Shown: piece after piece, positions 56,445-64,000 of the stretch
Layout of the letters: each line of letters opens with the position of its first letter
Numbering within the stretch: the stretch's first letter is position 1
NCBI GenBank assembly: GCA_049279675.1
Contig: JBAPOP010000007.1
Location: 705 to 64,704, forward strand
Direction: 5' to 3'
DNA length: 64,000 nucleotides
Source of the DNA: Candidatus Acidiferrales bacterium
GTDB lineage: Bacteria > Acidobacteriota > Terriglobia > Acidiferrales > UBA7541
The notes under the pieces: generated by a model
Told to the model about the DNA's origin: nothing
Seen by the model: only the letters and a program-made list of their open reading frames with translations
The model's database searches: none
Program-made: the position numbers and the translations under genes

Positions 56445-58403
56445 CTAAGGGTGGGATGGGTTGGCGCGTGCTTTGGCGTCTTGGAGCTCTTTCGAATGAG
56501 CTTTTATGCGCGATCGAACATCTTCGCCGCGCTTGTCGATGAACGACTGCGGAAAGGCGAGGCCGAATTCATCCACCGTGAGCTCTTTTCCATTGGCGTC
56601 GAAAATCGGATACCACCAATCTTCGTTTAGCTCGCGCTTCTTGCACGCTGGCAGCCCTGCGTCCTTCAGGCTGAGGAAGAAAGTTGATTCGATGTAGCGG
56701 TTGTGTTCGATGCCGCCGGAGAAGCGATCGCTGGGAATTTCGTCAATGATGAGGACTGAGAAATCGGTGCGCGAGACGGGCGTCTCACAGGCGCCTGGCT
56801 TCTGGAGCTTGTCGAAACTTTTCAGATCGATGATTGCAGCGGTGAAATCGGTGTTGGCGATTTTGGCGTCTTTGAATGTGGCGCCGGTGAGATCGGAGCC
56901 GACAAAGAATGCGCCAGTGAGATCGGCTTTGTCGAAAATTGCGTTGCGTAGATCGGCGAACATGAAGCGGGCGCCGCTCAAATTCGCGCCGGTGAAATTC
57001 GCGCCCTGGGCGCCCGCGCTGAACCATCGAATTCCCGCGGCCTTGGAATCCTGAAATTGGGCGCGCTCGGCATCGGCGAAATCGAACTTGGCTCGCTCAA
57101 GCGTCGCTCCGCGAAAATTTGTGCCGTTCAGAATCGCGAAGGAGAAGCTTGCGTCGGTGAAATCGGCGGAGGAGGCTGAAGCGTGAGTCAGATCGGCATC
57201 GGCAAACGCCGTCTTGTTAAAGTCACCGGAATCGAAGTGCCCATTTCGAAGCGAGAGGCCTGAAAGTTTTAGGCCGCCGAGGGAATGCTGCGTGCGGATC
57301 ATGCTCTCGACGGCGAGAACTTGTCCGATGTCGCCCGTCGGCATGATGTCTGAGGCGCGCTGGAGAACTGAGAGCGCGCTCTCGAGCGACATTGTTTCAG
57401 TTGCGGGCTGATCGTGGCGCGAATTCGTAGGCGAAGCGGCCGATGCTGAATCAGGATTGGGCGCGGGCGGCGCGCTGCCTGGTGCTGAGACGGCCGATGG
57501 AGCTGCCGCCGGCCAGCCAGCAATCTTTCCGTGGCGCGCAAAAACGAAGTCGCCGGAATTGTGCCCGGAGCTGTGAAGGGGCATGTACTGCGGAGTCTGG
57601 TCGGAGCCGCCGCCGACGGAAATCTTGATATATTGTTCGAACAGATTGTCCGCGGAAAACATATTATCCGTTTCAGCTGTGAGACCTTTGATCAGCGCGG
57701 CGGCGAAAACAGAATGGCCGGAACCGCCCGAATCGGAAACGGGCTCGTCGCCGCCGCTGGACATCAGCGTGCGGGAATGACCTTCCATCATTTTTTCAAG
57801 ATAGGTCTGCAGGTTTTGCGATGAGAAGGATAAATCCACGTCGCGCATTTCGCCCGAGTAACAACTATCGGAAACAATCAGGACGTGGCGCGCGGGGATG
57901 ACCTTTATGTCAGTGGTGATTTCTTCGGAGATAATCCAGGTCGCGCTATTTTCCCGCTGCGCGTCCACGGGCATCCAATACGCGTGGTCGCCGTATTTGA
58001 CGCCGTGCCCCGCGTAGTAGACGAGGAGATTTGCGGAATCGTCGAGTTCGTGGCTGTATTCGCTAAGAGCGGTGAGAATTTCGAATTTGGAGGCGTTCAA
58101 TAAAACTTTCGTCTTGAAGCCATAATCGTTTTGCAGAATCGCGGCGATTGACTGAGCGTCGCCGACGGCGGTGTGCAACGGCGGAAGATTTTTGTAATCG
58201 TTGATTCCGATCACGAGGGCAAAATAGGCAGCTGGTTGCGCGGATGATTTCGAAGTTTCCGGTTGAACGGGAGTGACGCTGCGTTGATCTTTTTGTGTTT
58301 GTTGCGGATGAACAAGCGAAGCACCGCCGGCCGCCAGCGCCAGAACGACGCTGGACACTAGTAACGCGGAAAGAGCGGTGACCGCTCGGGATTTGAATTC
58401 CAT
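56445..58403 (-). CDS. Exported caspase-family (peptidase C14) protein fused to pentapeptide repeats and an unknown C-terminal domain
   Basis: This is a 652-aa ORF with the signal peptide MEFKSRAVTALSALLVSSVVLALAAGGA. The caspase dyad is LLVYYAGHG (His133) and LIVSDSCYSGE (Cys181, codon 57863-57861). Pentapeptide repeats (A(D/N)LxG-type) span aa ~378-525 (56829-57272). A 127-aa C-terminal domain is uncharacterised. Confidence 0.85.
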   Translation of the reverse strand: MEFKSRAVTALSALLVSSVVLALAAGGASLVHPQQTQKDQRSVTPVQPETSKSSAQPAAYFALVIGINDYKNLPPLHTAVGDAQSIAAILQNDYGFKTKVLLNASKFEILTALSEYSHELDDSANLLVYYAGHGVKYGDHAYWMPVDAQRENSATWIISEEITTDIKVIPARHVLIVSDSCYSGEMRDVDLSFSSQNLQTYLEKMMEGHSRTLMSSGGDEPVSDSGGSGHSVFAAALIKGLTAETDNMFSADNLFEQYIKISVGGGSDQTPQYMPLHSSGHNSGDFVFARHGKIAGWPAAAPSAVSAPGSAPPAPNPDSASAASPTNSRHDQPATETMSLESALSVLQRASDIMPTGDIGQVLAVESMIRTQHSLGGLKLSGLSLRNGHFDSGDFNKTAFADADLTHASASSADFTDASFSFAILNGTNFRGATLERAKFDFADAERAQFQDSKAAGIRWFSAGAQGANFTGANLSGARFMFADLRNAIFDKADLTGAFFVGSDLTGATFKDAKIANTDFTAAIIDLKSFDKLQKPGACETPVSRTDFSVLIIDEIPSDRFSGGIEHNRYIESTFFLSLKDAGLPACKKRELNEDWWYPIFDANGKELTVDEFGLAFPQSFIDKRGEDVRSRIKAHSKELQDAKARANPSHP

Positions 58404-58481
58404 GCGATGTCACACGGCTGTTGGAGCCTGTTCCACGTACTGTAGACCTTCCGGCAGGTCAAAACAAGAACGCGGCGCGGA

Positions 58482-59786
58482 TCACTTGGCGTAATCGTTC
58501 TTCACGACGGCGCCGCCTTTCATCACGAACTTTACGTGCTGCAGCGTAGTGACGTCCTGCAACGGATCGCCGTCAACGGCGATAATGTCGGCCCACTTGC
58601 CGGTGTCGAGGGTGCCGATTTTGTCGCTCCAGCCGAGCAGATCGGCGTCGTTGATGGTTGCGGTCTGAATGGCTTGGAGCGGCGTCATTCCCAGGCTCAC
58701 GTAGACGGCGAGCTCGTGGGCATTCAATCCGTGCGGATACACCGCGGCATCGGTGCCCATGCCGATTTTCACTCCGGCCGCGATCGCTTTTCGAATGTTC
58801 CCCTTCGCCATCTCGGAAACCATCGCCATCTTTTTCTGCGAGAATTCTGGCAAATTCGCTCGAGCGGCGTTTTCGCGTTGCCAATCGATGAGATAGAGCG
58901 TGGGAACGAGATAGGTGCCGTTCTTTTTCAGCGTGGCGATCGCTTCATCGTTCATCAGGTGGCCGTGCTCGATTGAGTCAACACCGGCTTCGGACGCCCA
59001 GATCACGCCTTGCGCGCCGTGTGCGTGAGCGGCAACTTTCCTGCCCAGCCTGTGAGCGTCGGCTACGATCGCTTTCATTTCTTCGAGCGTGTACTGAGCC
59101 GCGTTCGGATCGTCGCCTTTGGAGAGGACGCCACCGGTCGCGCAGATTTTGATGACGTCCGCGCCGTACTTGATAATTTCGCGCGTTTTGTGCTGAACAT
59201 TTTCGACGCCGTCGGCTGCGCCTTCGCTTGTAGCGTGATATTCGAAGGGCAAGAAGTCGTTATCGCAATGGCCGCCCGTGATGCTGAGCGGGGGACCGCT
59301 CACGAGCATGCGCGGGCCGGGCACGTCTCCAGCATTAATGGCGTCGCGGAGGGCTACGTCGCTATAGCCGTGCGCGCCGACGTTGCGGACGGTGGTGATT
59401 CCAGCTTCCAAAGTGACGCGAGCGTTGCGGGCGCCGATCAGAGCCTCGCGAGGAATAGAAATCGCCAAGGTTTCGTAACCGAAACTTGGGTTGAAGGTCA
59501 GATGCGTGTGCGCATCGATGAGTCCGGGGAGAACTGTCGCGTGCGAGAGATCAATTACAGTGTCGCTGGGAGAAGTTTTGAGATCATCGGCAGCGACGAC
59601 GCTCACTATTTTGTCTCCTTCGATCACAATCGCTCTGTTCGCGAGCGTGTTGCCGCTCTTCACGTCAAGCAAATGGCCGGCCTTGACGATTACGCGGTTC
59701 GACGACTGCTGCGCCGCGACAGCCGCGCACAACATCAGCATCGCGGCGACAAGTCCTGGCAGCAAACTTCTGAGAGATATTTTCAT
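58482..59786 (-). CDS. Exported amidohydrolase-family metallo-hydrolase
   Basis: This is a 434-aa ORF with a signal peptide. It carries [11 protein letters not shown] (the HxH metal motif), a later AAHAHG motif and ...GTDA.... Confidence 0.85.
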   Translation of the reverse strand: MKISLRSLLPGLVAAMLMLCAAVAAQQSSNRVIVKAGHLLDVKSGNTLANRAIVIEGDKIVSVVAADDLKTSPSDTVIDLSHATVLPGLIDAHTHLTFNPSFGYETLAISIPREALIGARNARVTLEAGITTVRNVGAHGYSDVALRDAINAGDVPGPRMLVSGPPLSITGGHCDNDFLPFEYHATSEGAADGVENVQHKTREIIKYGADVIKICATGGVLSKGDDPNAAQYTLEEMKAIVADAHRLGRKVAAHAHGAQGVIWASEAGVDSIEHGHLMNDEAIATLKKNGTYLVPTLYLIDWQRENAARANLPEFSQKKMAMVSEMAKGNIRKAIAAGVKIGMGTDAAVYPHGLNAHELAVYVSLGMTPLQAIQTATINDADLLGWSDKIGTLDTGKWADIIAVDGDPLQDVTTLQHVKFVMKGGAVVKNDYAK

Positions 59787-59991
59787 GGCGTCCTCTTTGT
59801 CGTTTCGATAAGAACCTTTGAGCTGCGCGAGGCACTATATCAGCCCTAACGGGCGTTCGCGCTTCGTTCGTTTTATGGCTCTTATCGCGGCGTGGACGGA
59901 ACCGTTGCGGGTCACGGTGAAGGCGACTACAATTCGTGGCCGGGCGGTGAATCGCGGGTGATTGAGAGCGGGAGATCGAGGAGGAATTACG

Positions 59992-60597
59992 ATGAAAAAG
60001 GCAAGTTTGCTCGTGCTGGCAGTTTTGTGTTTTCAGGCGCTCGTGTTTGCGCAGAGCCTGGCGCCCGCGGACCGCGCAAGCGGCGTGAAATTTCTTGAGA
60101 CGACGCGGGATGGCGTTGTGGAAGCGACGAAGGGGCTATCGGAAGCCCAATGGAAATTCAAGGCGGGGCCGGACCGCTGGTCGGTGGCCGAGACGCTCGA
60201 GCACATCGCACTGGCCGAGGATTATATTTTCGGAATTACGAGTGAGAAAGTTATGAAAGCGCCTGCCGGAGCCCCGGACCGCGACTACAAGAAGGTTGAT
60301 GCCATGGTTCTTGCGATGATTCCCGATCGCTCGCACAAAGCGCAGGCGCCGCCACCGCTCGTCCCGACGGGACGCTGGACACCCGCGGAAACCCTCGATC
60401 ATTTTTTGAAGAGCCGCGCGAAGACGATTGAATACATGAGGACGACGCCCGATTTGCGCGAGCATGTGGTGACGGAGGATCCGCTCAACCAGCCGATGGA
60501 CGGGTATGAATTCCTGCTGTTTATTGGCGCGCATAGTGAGCGGCATACGAAGCAGATTTTAGAAGTGAAGGCTGATCCGAATTTTCCGAAGATGTAG
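59992..60597 (+). CDS. DinB-family protein with a Sec signal peptide
   Basis: The ATG at 59992 follows GAGGAG and lies inside track ORF 59962..60597. It translates as MKKASLLVLAVLCFQALVFA-QS. It contains ...RWSVAETLEHIALAEDY...FIGAHSERHTKQI. Confidence 0.75.
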   Translation: MKKASLLVLAVLCFQALVFAQSLAPADRASGVKFLETTRDGVVEATKGLSEAQWKFKAGPDRWSVAETLEHIALAEDYIFGITSEKVMKAPAGAPDRDYKKVDAMVLAMIPDRSHKAQAPPPLVPTGRWTPAETLDHFLKSRAKTIEYMRTTPDLREHVVTEDPLNQPMDGYEFLLFIGAHSERHTKQILEVKADPNFPKM

Positions 60598-60637
60598 AAA
60601 TTGTCGAGTGATGGCAGTCGGAAAAAAGGCGAAGAGT

Positions 60638-60662
60638 GCCCGGCTGAAGCCGGGCGCTACAA
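60638..60662 (+). repeat. Hairpin+CTAC repeat: GCCCGGC-tgaa-GCCGGGC-GCTACAA
   Basis: It is 23/25 identical to 62055-62079 and in the same orientation. The two copies bracket gene 60720..62012. Confidence 0.7.
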
Positions 60663-60719
60663 GTGCCACTTCGGAGATTTTGCCAATGTTAGCGGCGATC
60701 TAGCCGCGAAGGGTGATCG

Positions 60720-62012
60720 TCAATTTCGGCCCGGTGCAGCTAGGTCGTGCGACGGCGTTGGATCGGGAATTAGGACGACAAATTCGTAGCCGAAAATCGT
60801 GCGCTCGAGTTCCGGATCCACCTTGCCGTACTTGCCGAAGTGATCGCGAAGGACGCGAAGATCGTAGAGCGTCCATGAATCCGCGAGCATGTTGTCGAAG
60901 AGCGGCTTGAAATATTTGAAACCGGAATCGGGATCGCCGGCAAGATCGACCGGCGCTTCGCCGCTCGGCTTTCCGATTCCGGCGAACTGCAACTCCTTGC
61001 CTTTGACCCCGAGAATAAAGATGTGGACCGATTTTTGTCCGCGCCCTTCCGCCAATTCCGCAACGTAATTGCCAAGTTCGCTTGAGTGCAGCGGATTCAA
61101 GCCGCGGTACATGTGATTTCCGCCAAATTTGAAGAAAACCCTCGGTGCCACGCCATCGCGCCGCTCCGCTTCCGAATAATCCCGTACGAAATTTGATTTC
61201 ATCAACTCGGCGCGCTCGCGGTTCGATGCATAACCAGAAGCGGACATAAATTTTTGATAGATATCGCGGCTCTTGAGCAAAGATTCCATCAACGAAATAT
61301 TGTGGTGGGCCATCGGTCCGCTCTGATTTTTGAGTAGCGCGAGAAATTGATCGAGTTCGGCCTGGGGCGCTTTCATCAGAAACAGTTCGCTTGGATCGCC
61401 ACTTTTTGCGGATACTGCATAGTCCTGTCGATTTTCTTCGAGTAGTCTTTCTGCAGCGGCGCGTGTTTCCGGAGTCGTGGCTCCGCGAACGAGAAGATCC
61501 AAAACGTAGCTCGGGGCTCCCATCAATTCCTGATCGAGGCCCCAGAGGTGCATTCCCGCAGGAGCTCCGCTTTTTTCGCATTGCTGCAAGAGAGAAAATT
61601 CCTCGCGCCAATTGTAGAACGCGATGCCAGCCGGATAGCGCTTCTCGAAGTCCGCGAGCTTGCTCAATCCATCGGGATCGCGCGCGAATCGCTCGATTTC
61701 CGGCGTGAGAATCGGACCGGTTTCAATCGCCATATTATGAAAGCCGCGCGGCGCAAGCTCTGCGCAAAGCGCGCCGGCGAACTGCGGAATCTGCGCGATG
61801 CCATGATCTTCACCGAGGAGAACGAACTGCGCATCGGCCGTGGCGGCGCGCAGGACGTCCGCGCCGGGACCGACGAGAGTGTAGTCCTTTACCGAAATTG
61901 CCGAGCGGCCGCTCTTGAGGGCGTCGGTGAGAGATGCTTCCTGCGACTGCGAAAACGCGGGCGTGGCGCAGAAGAGCATCAGAATGAGCGTGAACTTGAG
62001 CGAGCGGGTCAT
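60720..62012 (-). CDS. Exported protein, tentatively Tiki/ChaN/erythromycin-esterase superfamily-like
   Basis: The track ORF is 60720..62099. The likely ATG at 62012 gives the signal peptide MTRSLKFTLILMLFCATPAFS-QS. The motif FVLLGEDHGIAQIP resembles the GxxH metal motif of that superfamily, from memory only. Confidence 0.4.
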   Translation of the reverse strand: MTRSLKFTLILMLFCATPAFSQSQEASLTDALKSGRSAISVKDYTLVGPGADVLRAATADAQFVLLGEDHGIAQIPQFAGALCAELAPRGFHNMAIETGPILTPEIERFARDPDGLSKLADFEKRYPAGIAFYNWREEFSLLQQCEKSGAPAGMHLWGLDQELMGAPSYVLDLLVRGATTPETRAAAERLLEENRQDYAVSAKSGDPSELFLMKAPQAELDQFLALLKNQSGPMAHHNISLMESLLKSRDIYQKFMSASGYASNRERAELMKSNFVRDYSEAERRDGVAPRVFFKFGGNHMYRGLNPLHSSELGNYVAELAEGRGQKSVHIFILGVKGKELQFAGIGKPSGEAPVDLAGDPDSGFKYFKPLFDNMLADSWTLYDLRVLRDHFGKYGKVDPELERTIFGYEFVVLIPDPTPSHDLAAPGRN

Positions 62013-62054
62013 CTTGAAATCTCCGTTTCGTGTTTGCCGCTGGCAGGAACGGCT

Positions 62055-62079
62055 GCCCGGCTTAAGCCGGGCGCTACAA
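62055..62079 (+). repeat. Hairpin+CTAC repeat: GCCCGGC-ttaa-GCCGGGC-GCTACAA
   Basis: See 60638-60662. It lies in the 5' flank of gene 60720..62012. Confidence 0.7.
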
Positions 62080-62292
62080 TTGCTGTTTATTTCCAGCACC
62101 GCAGTATGTACGTGTTGCGCTGCGGCAAAGTTCAGGCGCTGCCGCCCCGGAAATCGAAAGCCGCATGATAACCGCGTTTGGTACCGAACTCGATGCTCAC
62201 CGAAGCCGTTGCCGCAGCGTCTCTAGAGTAGAAGCGCGTATCTCGCGGCGGGCAAGAACGTCGATAGCGCGCACGGCGAGTATAGTGATCCC

Positions 62293-64000
62293 ATGTTCGA
62301 TTCGGTAATTCAGGACGTTCGATACGCGGCGCGAACGCTGCGGCGCAATCCCGGTTTTTCCGCTGTCGCCATTTTGACCCTCGCGCTCGGAATCGGCGCG
62401 ATCACGACTATTTTTAGTGTTGTACAGAATGTCCTGCTCCGCTCACTGCCGTATCACGAGCCAGGGCGGCTCGTTGAAATTTGGAATAATTATTATCCGC
62501 AGTGGCCACAACTGGGATTGTCGCCCGCGGATTTTGATGAATGGCGGCATCAGGCGAAATCGGTCACGTATATGGCCGCGTACCAATTCGTGCCGACCGA
62601 TCTGAATCTCACGGGCGATGGCGAGTCGGAGCGCGTAGAAGCGACATACGCGACTGCGGAATTATTTGCGACGCTCGGAGTGAAGCCGATTCTGGGCCGC
62701 ACTTTTTTGCAAAGTGAAGATCAGCACGGTGCGCCGAATATTGCTCTGATTAGCGATTCATTGTGGGAGTCGCGCTTCGGCGGCGACCCGTCCGTCGTCG
62801 GGCGGACGTTGACGCTTGACGGGAAAGACTATCTGCTCGCGGGAGTGCTGCCGGGAAATTTTCGTCTCGCGCCGTGGGCCGACATTTGGTTTCCCACGGG
62901 ATTAATGGATCCGAACGAATTAAAGACGCGCGTGCATCATCCGTACGGCGTTGTGGCGCGGCTCGCTCCAGGCGCGACGATTGCGCAAGCGCAGGCTGAG
63001 ATGGCGACGCTCGCGCGGCAGGAGGCACTCGCACATCCCGCGACGAATGCGAATTGGGGCGTTGAAGTGCGGCAATTGAAAGATCCCGCGGCGGTGAAAT
63101 TGAGAGCTGCGCTACTTGTGCTCTCCGGCGCCGTCGGGCTTGTCCTGCTGATTGCATGCGCGAATCTTGTGAATCTAATTTTCGCGCGCAACGCGGATCG
63201 CCAGCGGCAAATCGCGCTGCGCGTCGCTCTCGGCGCGAGCCGCGCGCGGCTGATCGCGCAGTTGCTGACGGAAACGATGCTGCTGGCTCTCGCCGGCGGC
63301 GGACTTGGAATTCTGATCGCGGAGTCGAGCCTCGATGCGCTGACGTCGCTCGCGCCGGCGGAACTTGCGAGCTCGGGGCCTGCGGGGCTCAACGGCTGGG
63401 TCCTCGGCTTCACGCTTGGCGTCTCCGTGCTGACTGGAATTCTTTGCGGCGGGCTTCCTGCATTTCAAAGCGCGCGCGCCGATCTCAATACCGTTCTCAA
63501 AGGAAGCGGCACGGGAACGGGCGGGATGGTGACGGGCAAACTTCGTAATGCATTCGTTGTCGCGGAGATCGCGCTGTCACTCATCCTGTTGGCGGGCGCG
63601 GGACTATTTATTCGCGGATTCGGCAATCTGATGAGGGTTGATCCGGGATTTCGGCCGGATAACATTTTGACGATGCGCGTTTCCGAGCGCGCACTTCCAA
63701 TCGAAGTGATCAATAAAATGACGCCCGCGCAATCGCAGGACCTGGCGGTAAAGGATTCGCGGCGCTTTCAGCAATTGACCGAGCGGATTGGGGCGCTGCC
63801 CGGCGTGAAGAGCGTCGGCGGAATCGACATCCTGCCGATTTCGGAGTCGCAGCGCGCGACATCGCGATTTGTCATTGAAGGGCAGCCGGAAACAGAAAAA
63901 GCGCCGCGGCCCACGGCCCAGATTCGGACGGTTGATACCGGATACTTTGCGACGATCGGAATTCCGGTGATTCAAGGACGCAATTTCAATGAATCCGATT
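62293..64000 (+). CDS. ADOP-family (acidobacterial duplicated orphan permease) MacB/FtsX-type permease, 5' part; continues beyond window end
   Basis: It is absent from the ORF track because it has no stop in the window. From the ATG at 62293 the frame stays open to 64000. It translates as MFDSVIQDVRYAARTLRRNPGFSAVAILTLALGIGAITTIFSVVQNVLLRSLPYHEPGRLVEIW...LIACANLVNLIFARNADRQRQIALRVALGASRARL.... This is the characteristic ADOP N-terminus plus the first FtsX module. Confidence 0.85.
   Translation, partial: MFDSVIQDVRYAARTLRRNPGFSAVAILTLALGIGAITTIFSVVQNVLLRSLPYHEPGRLVEIWNNYYPQWPQLGLSPADFDEWRHQAKSVTYMAAYQFVPTDLNLTGDGESERVEATYATAELFATLGVKPILGRTFLQSEDQHGAPNIALISDSLWESRFGGDPSVVGRTLTLDGKDYLLAGVLPGNFRLAPWADIWFPTGLMDPNELKTRVHHPYGVVARLAPGATIAQAQAEMATLARQEALAHPATNANWGVEVRQLKDPAAVKLRAALLVLSGAVGLVLLIACANLVNLIFARNADRQRQIALRVALGASRARLIAQLLTETMLLALAGGGLGILIAESSLDALTSLAPAELASSGPAGLNGWVLGFTLGVSVLTGILCGGLPAFQSARADLNTVLKGSGTGTGGMVTGKLRNAFVVAEIALSLILLAGAGLFIRGFGNLMRVDPGFRPDNILTMRVSERALPIEVINKMTPAQSQDLAVKDSRRFQQLTERIGALPGVKSVGGIDILPISESQRATSRFVIEGQPETEKAPRPTAQIRTVDTGYFATIGIPVIQGRNFNESD

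Overview
This is a 64-kb chromosomal segment of moderately high GC. It looks acidobacterial: there is an ADOP-type duplicated permease, CarboxypepD_reg/TonB-type N-termini and many exported hydrolases. That taxonomic call is inference only, because no database search was possible. I support about 60 protein genes and found no rRNA, tRNA, CRISPR array or transposase. The layout runs as follows. (1) 1-6760, minus strand: a metal locus made of a TonB-type receptor fragment, czcCBA-type RND efflux genes and two paralogous small His-rich CPxCH membrane proteins. (2) 6875-15267, minus strand: the conserved thrS-infC-rpmI-rplT-pheS-pheT-zapA block, carrying three lineage-specific insertions. (3) 15.3-33 kb: mixed envelope and accessory genes, including an OprB porin, a CsoR/RcnR-family regulator with its operator, an IPT/TIG beta-propeller lipoprotein, MacB-type permeases and an ABC-2 operon. 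(4) 33-49.8 kb: housekeeping genes (rnhB, a large TPR protein, thiE, glmM, class II RNR nrdJ, and rplS-trmD-rimM-rpsP-ffh). (5) 49.85-58.4 kb: the most unusual part. An 833-nt repeat- and hairpin-rich non-coding region is followed by three exported caspase-fold protease genes (caspase + 3x tandem module, TPR-CHAT, caspase + pentapeptide repeats). (6) 58.5-64 kb: exported amidohydrolase, DinB and Tiki/ChaN-like genes plus a partial ADOP permease. Two genes that run off the window ends (1..258 minus, 62293..64000 plus) are missing from the ORF track and were found by direct translation. Most long ORFs antisense to the called genes are GC-driven mirror ORFs and were discarded.
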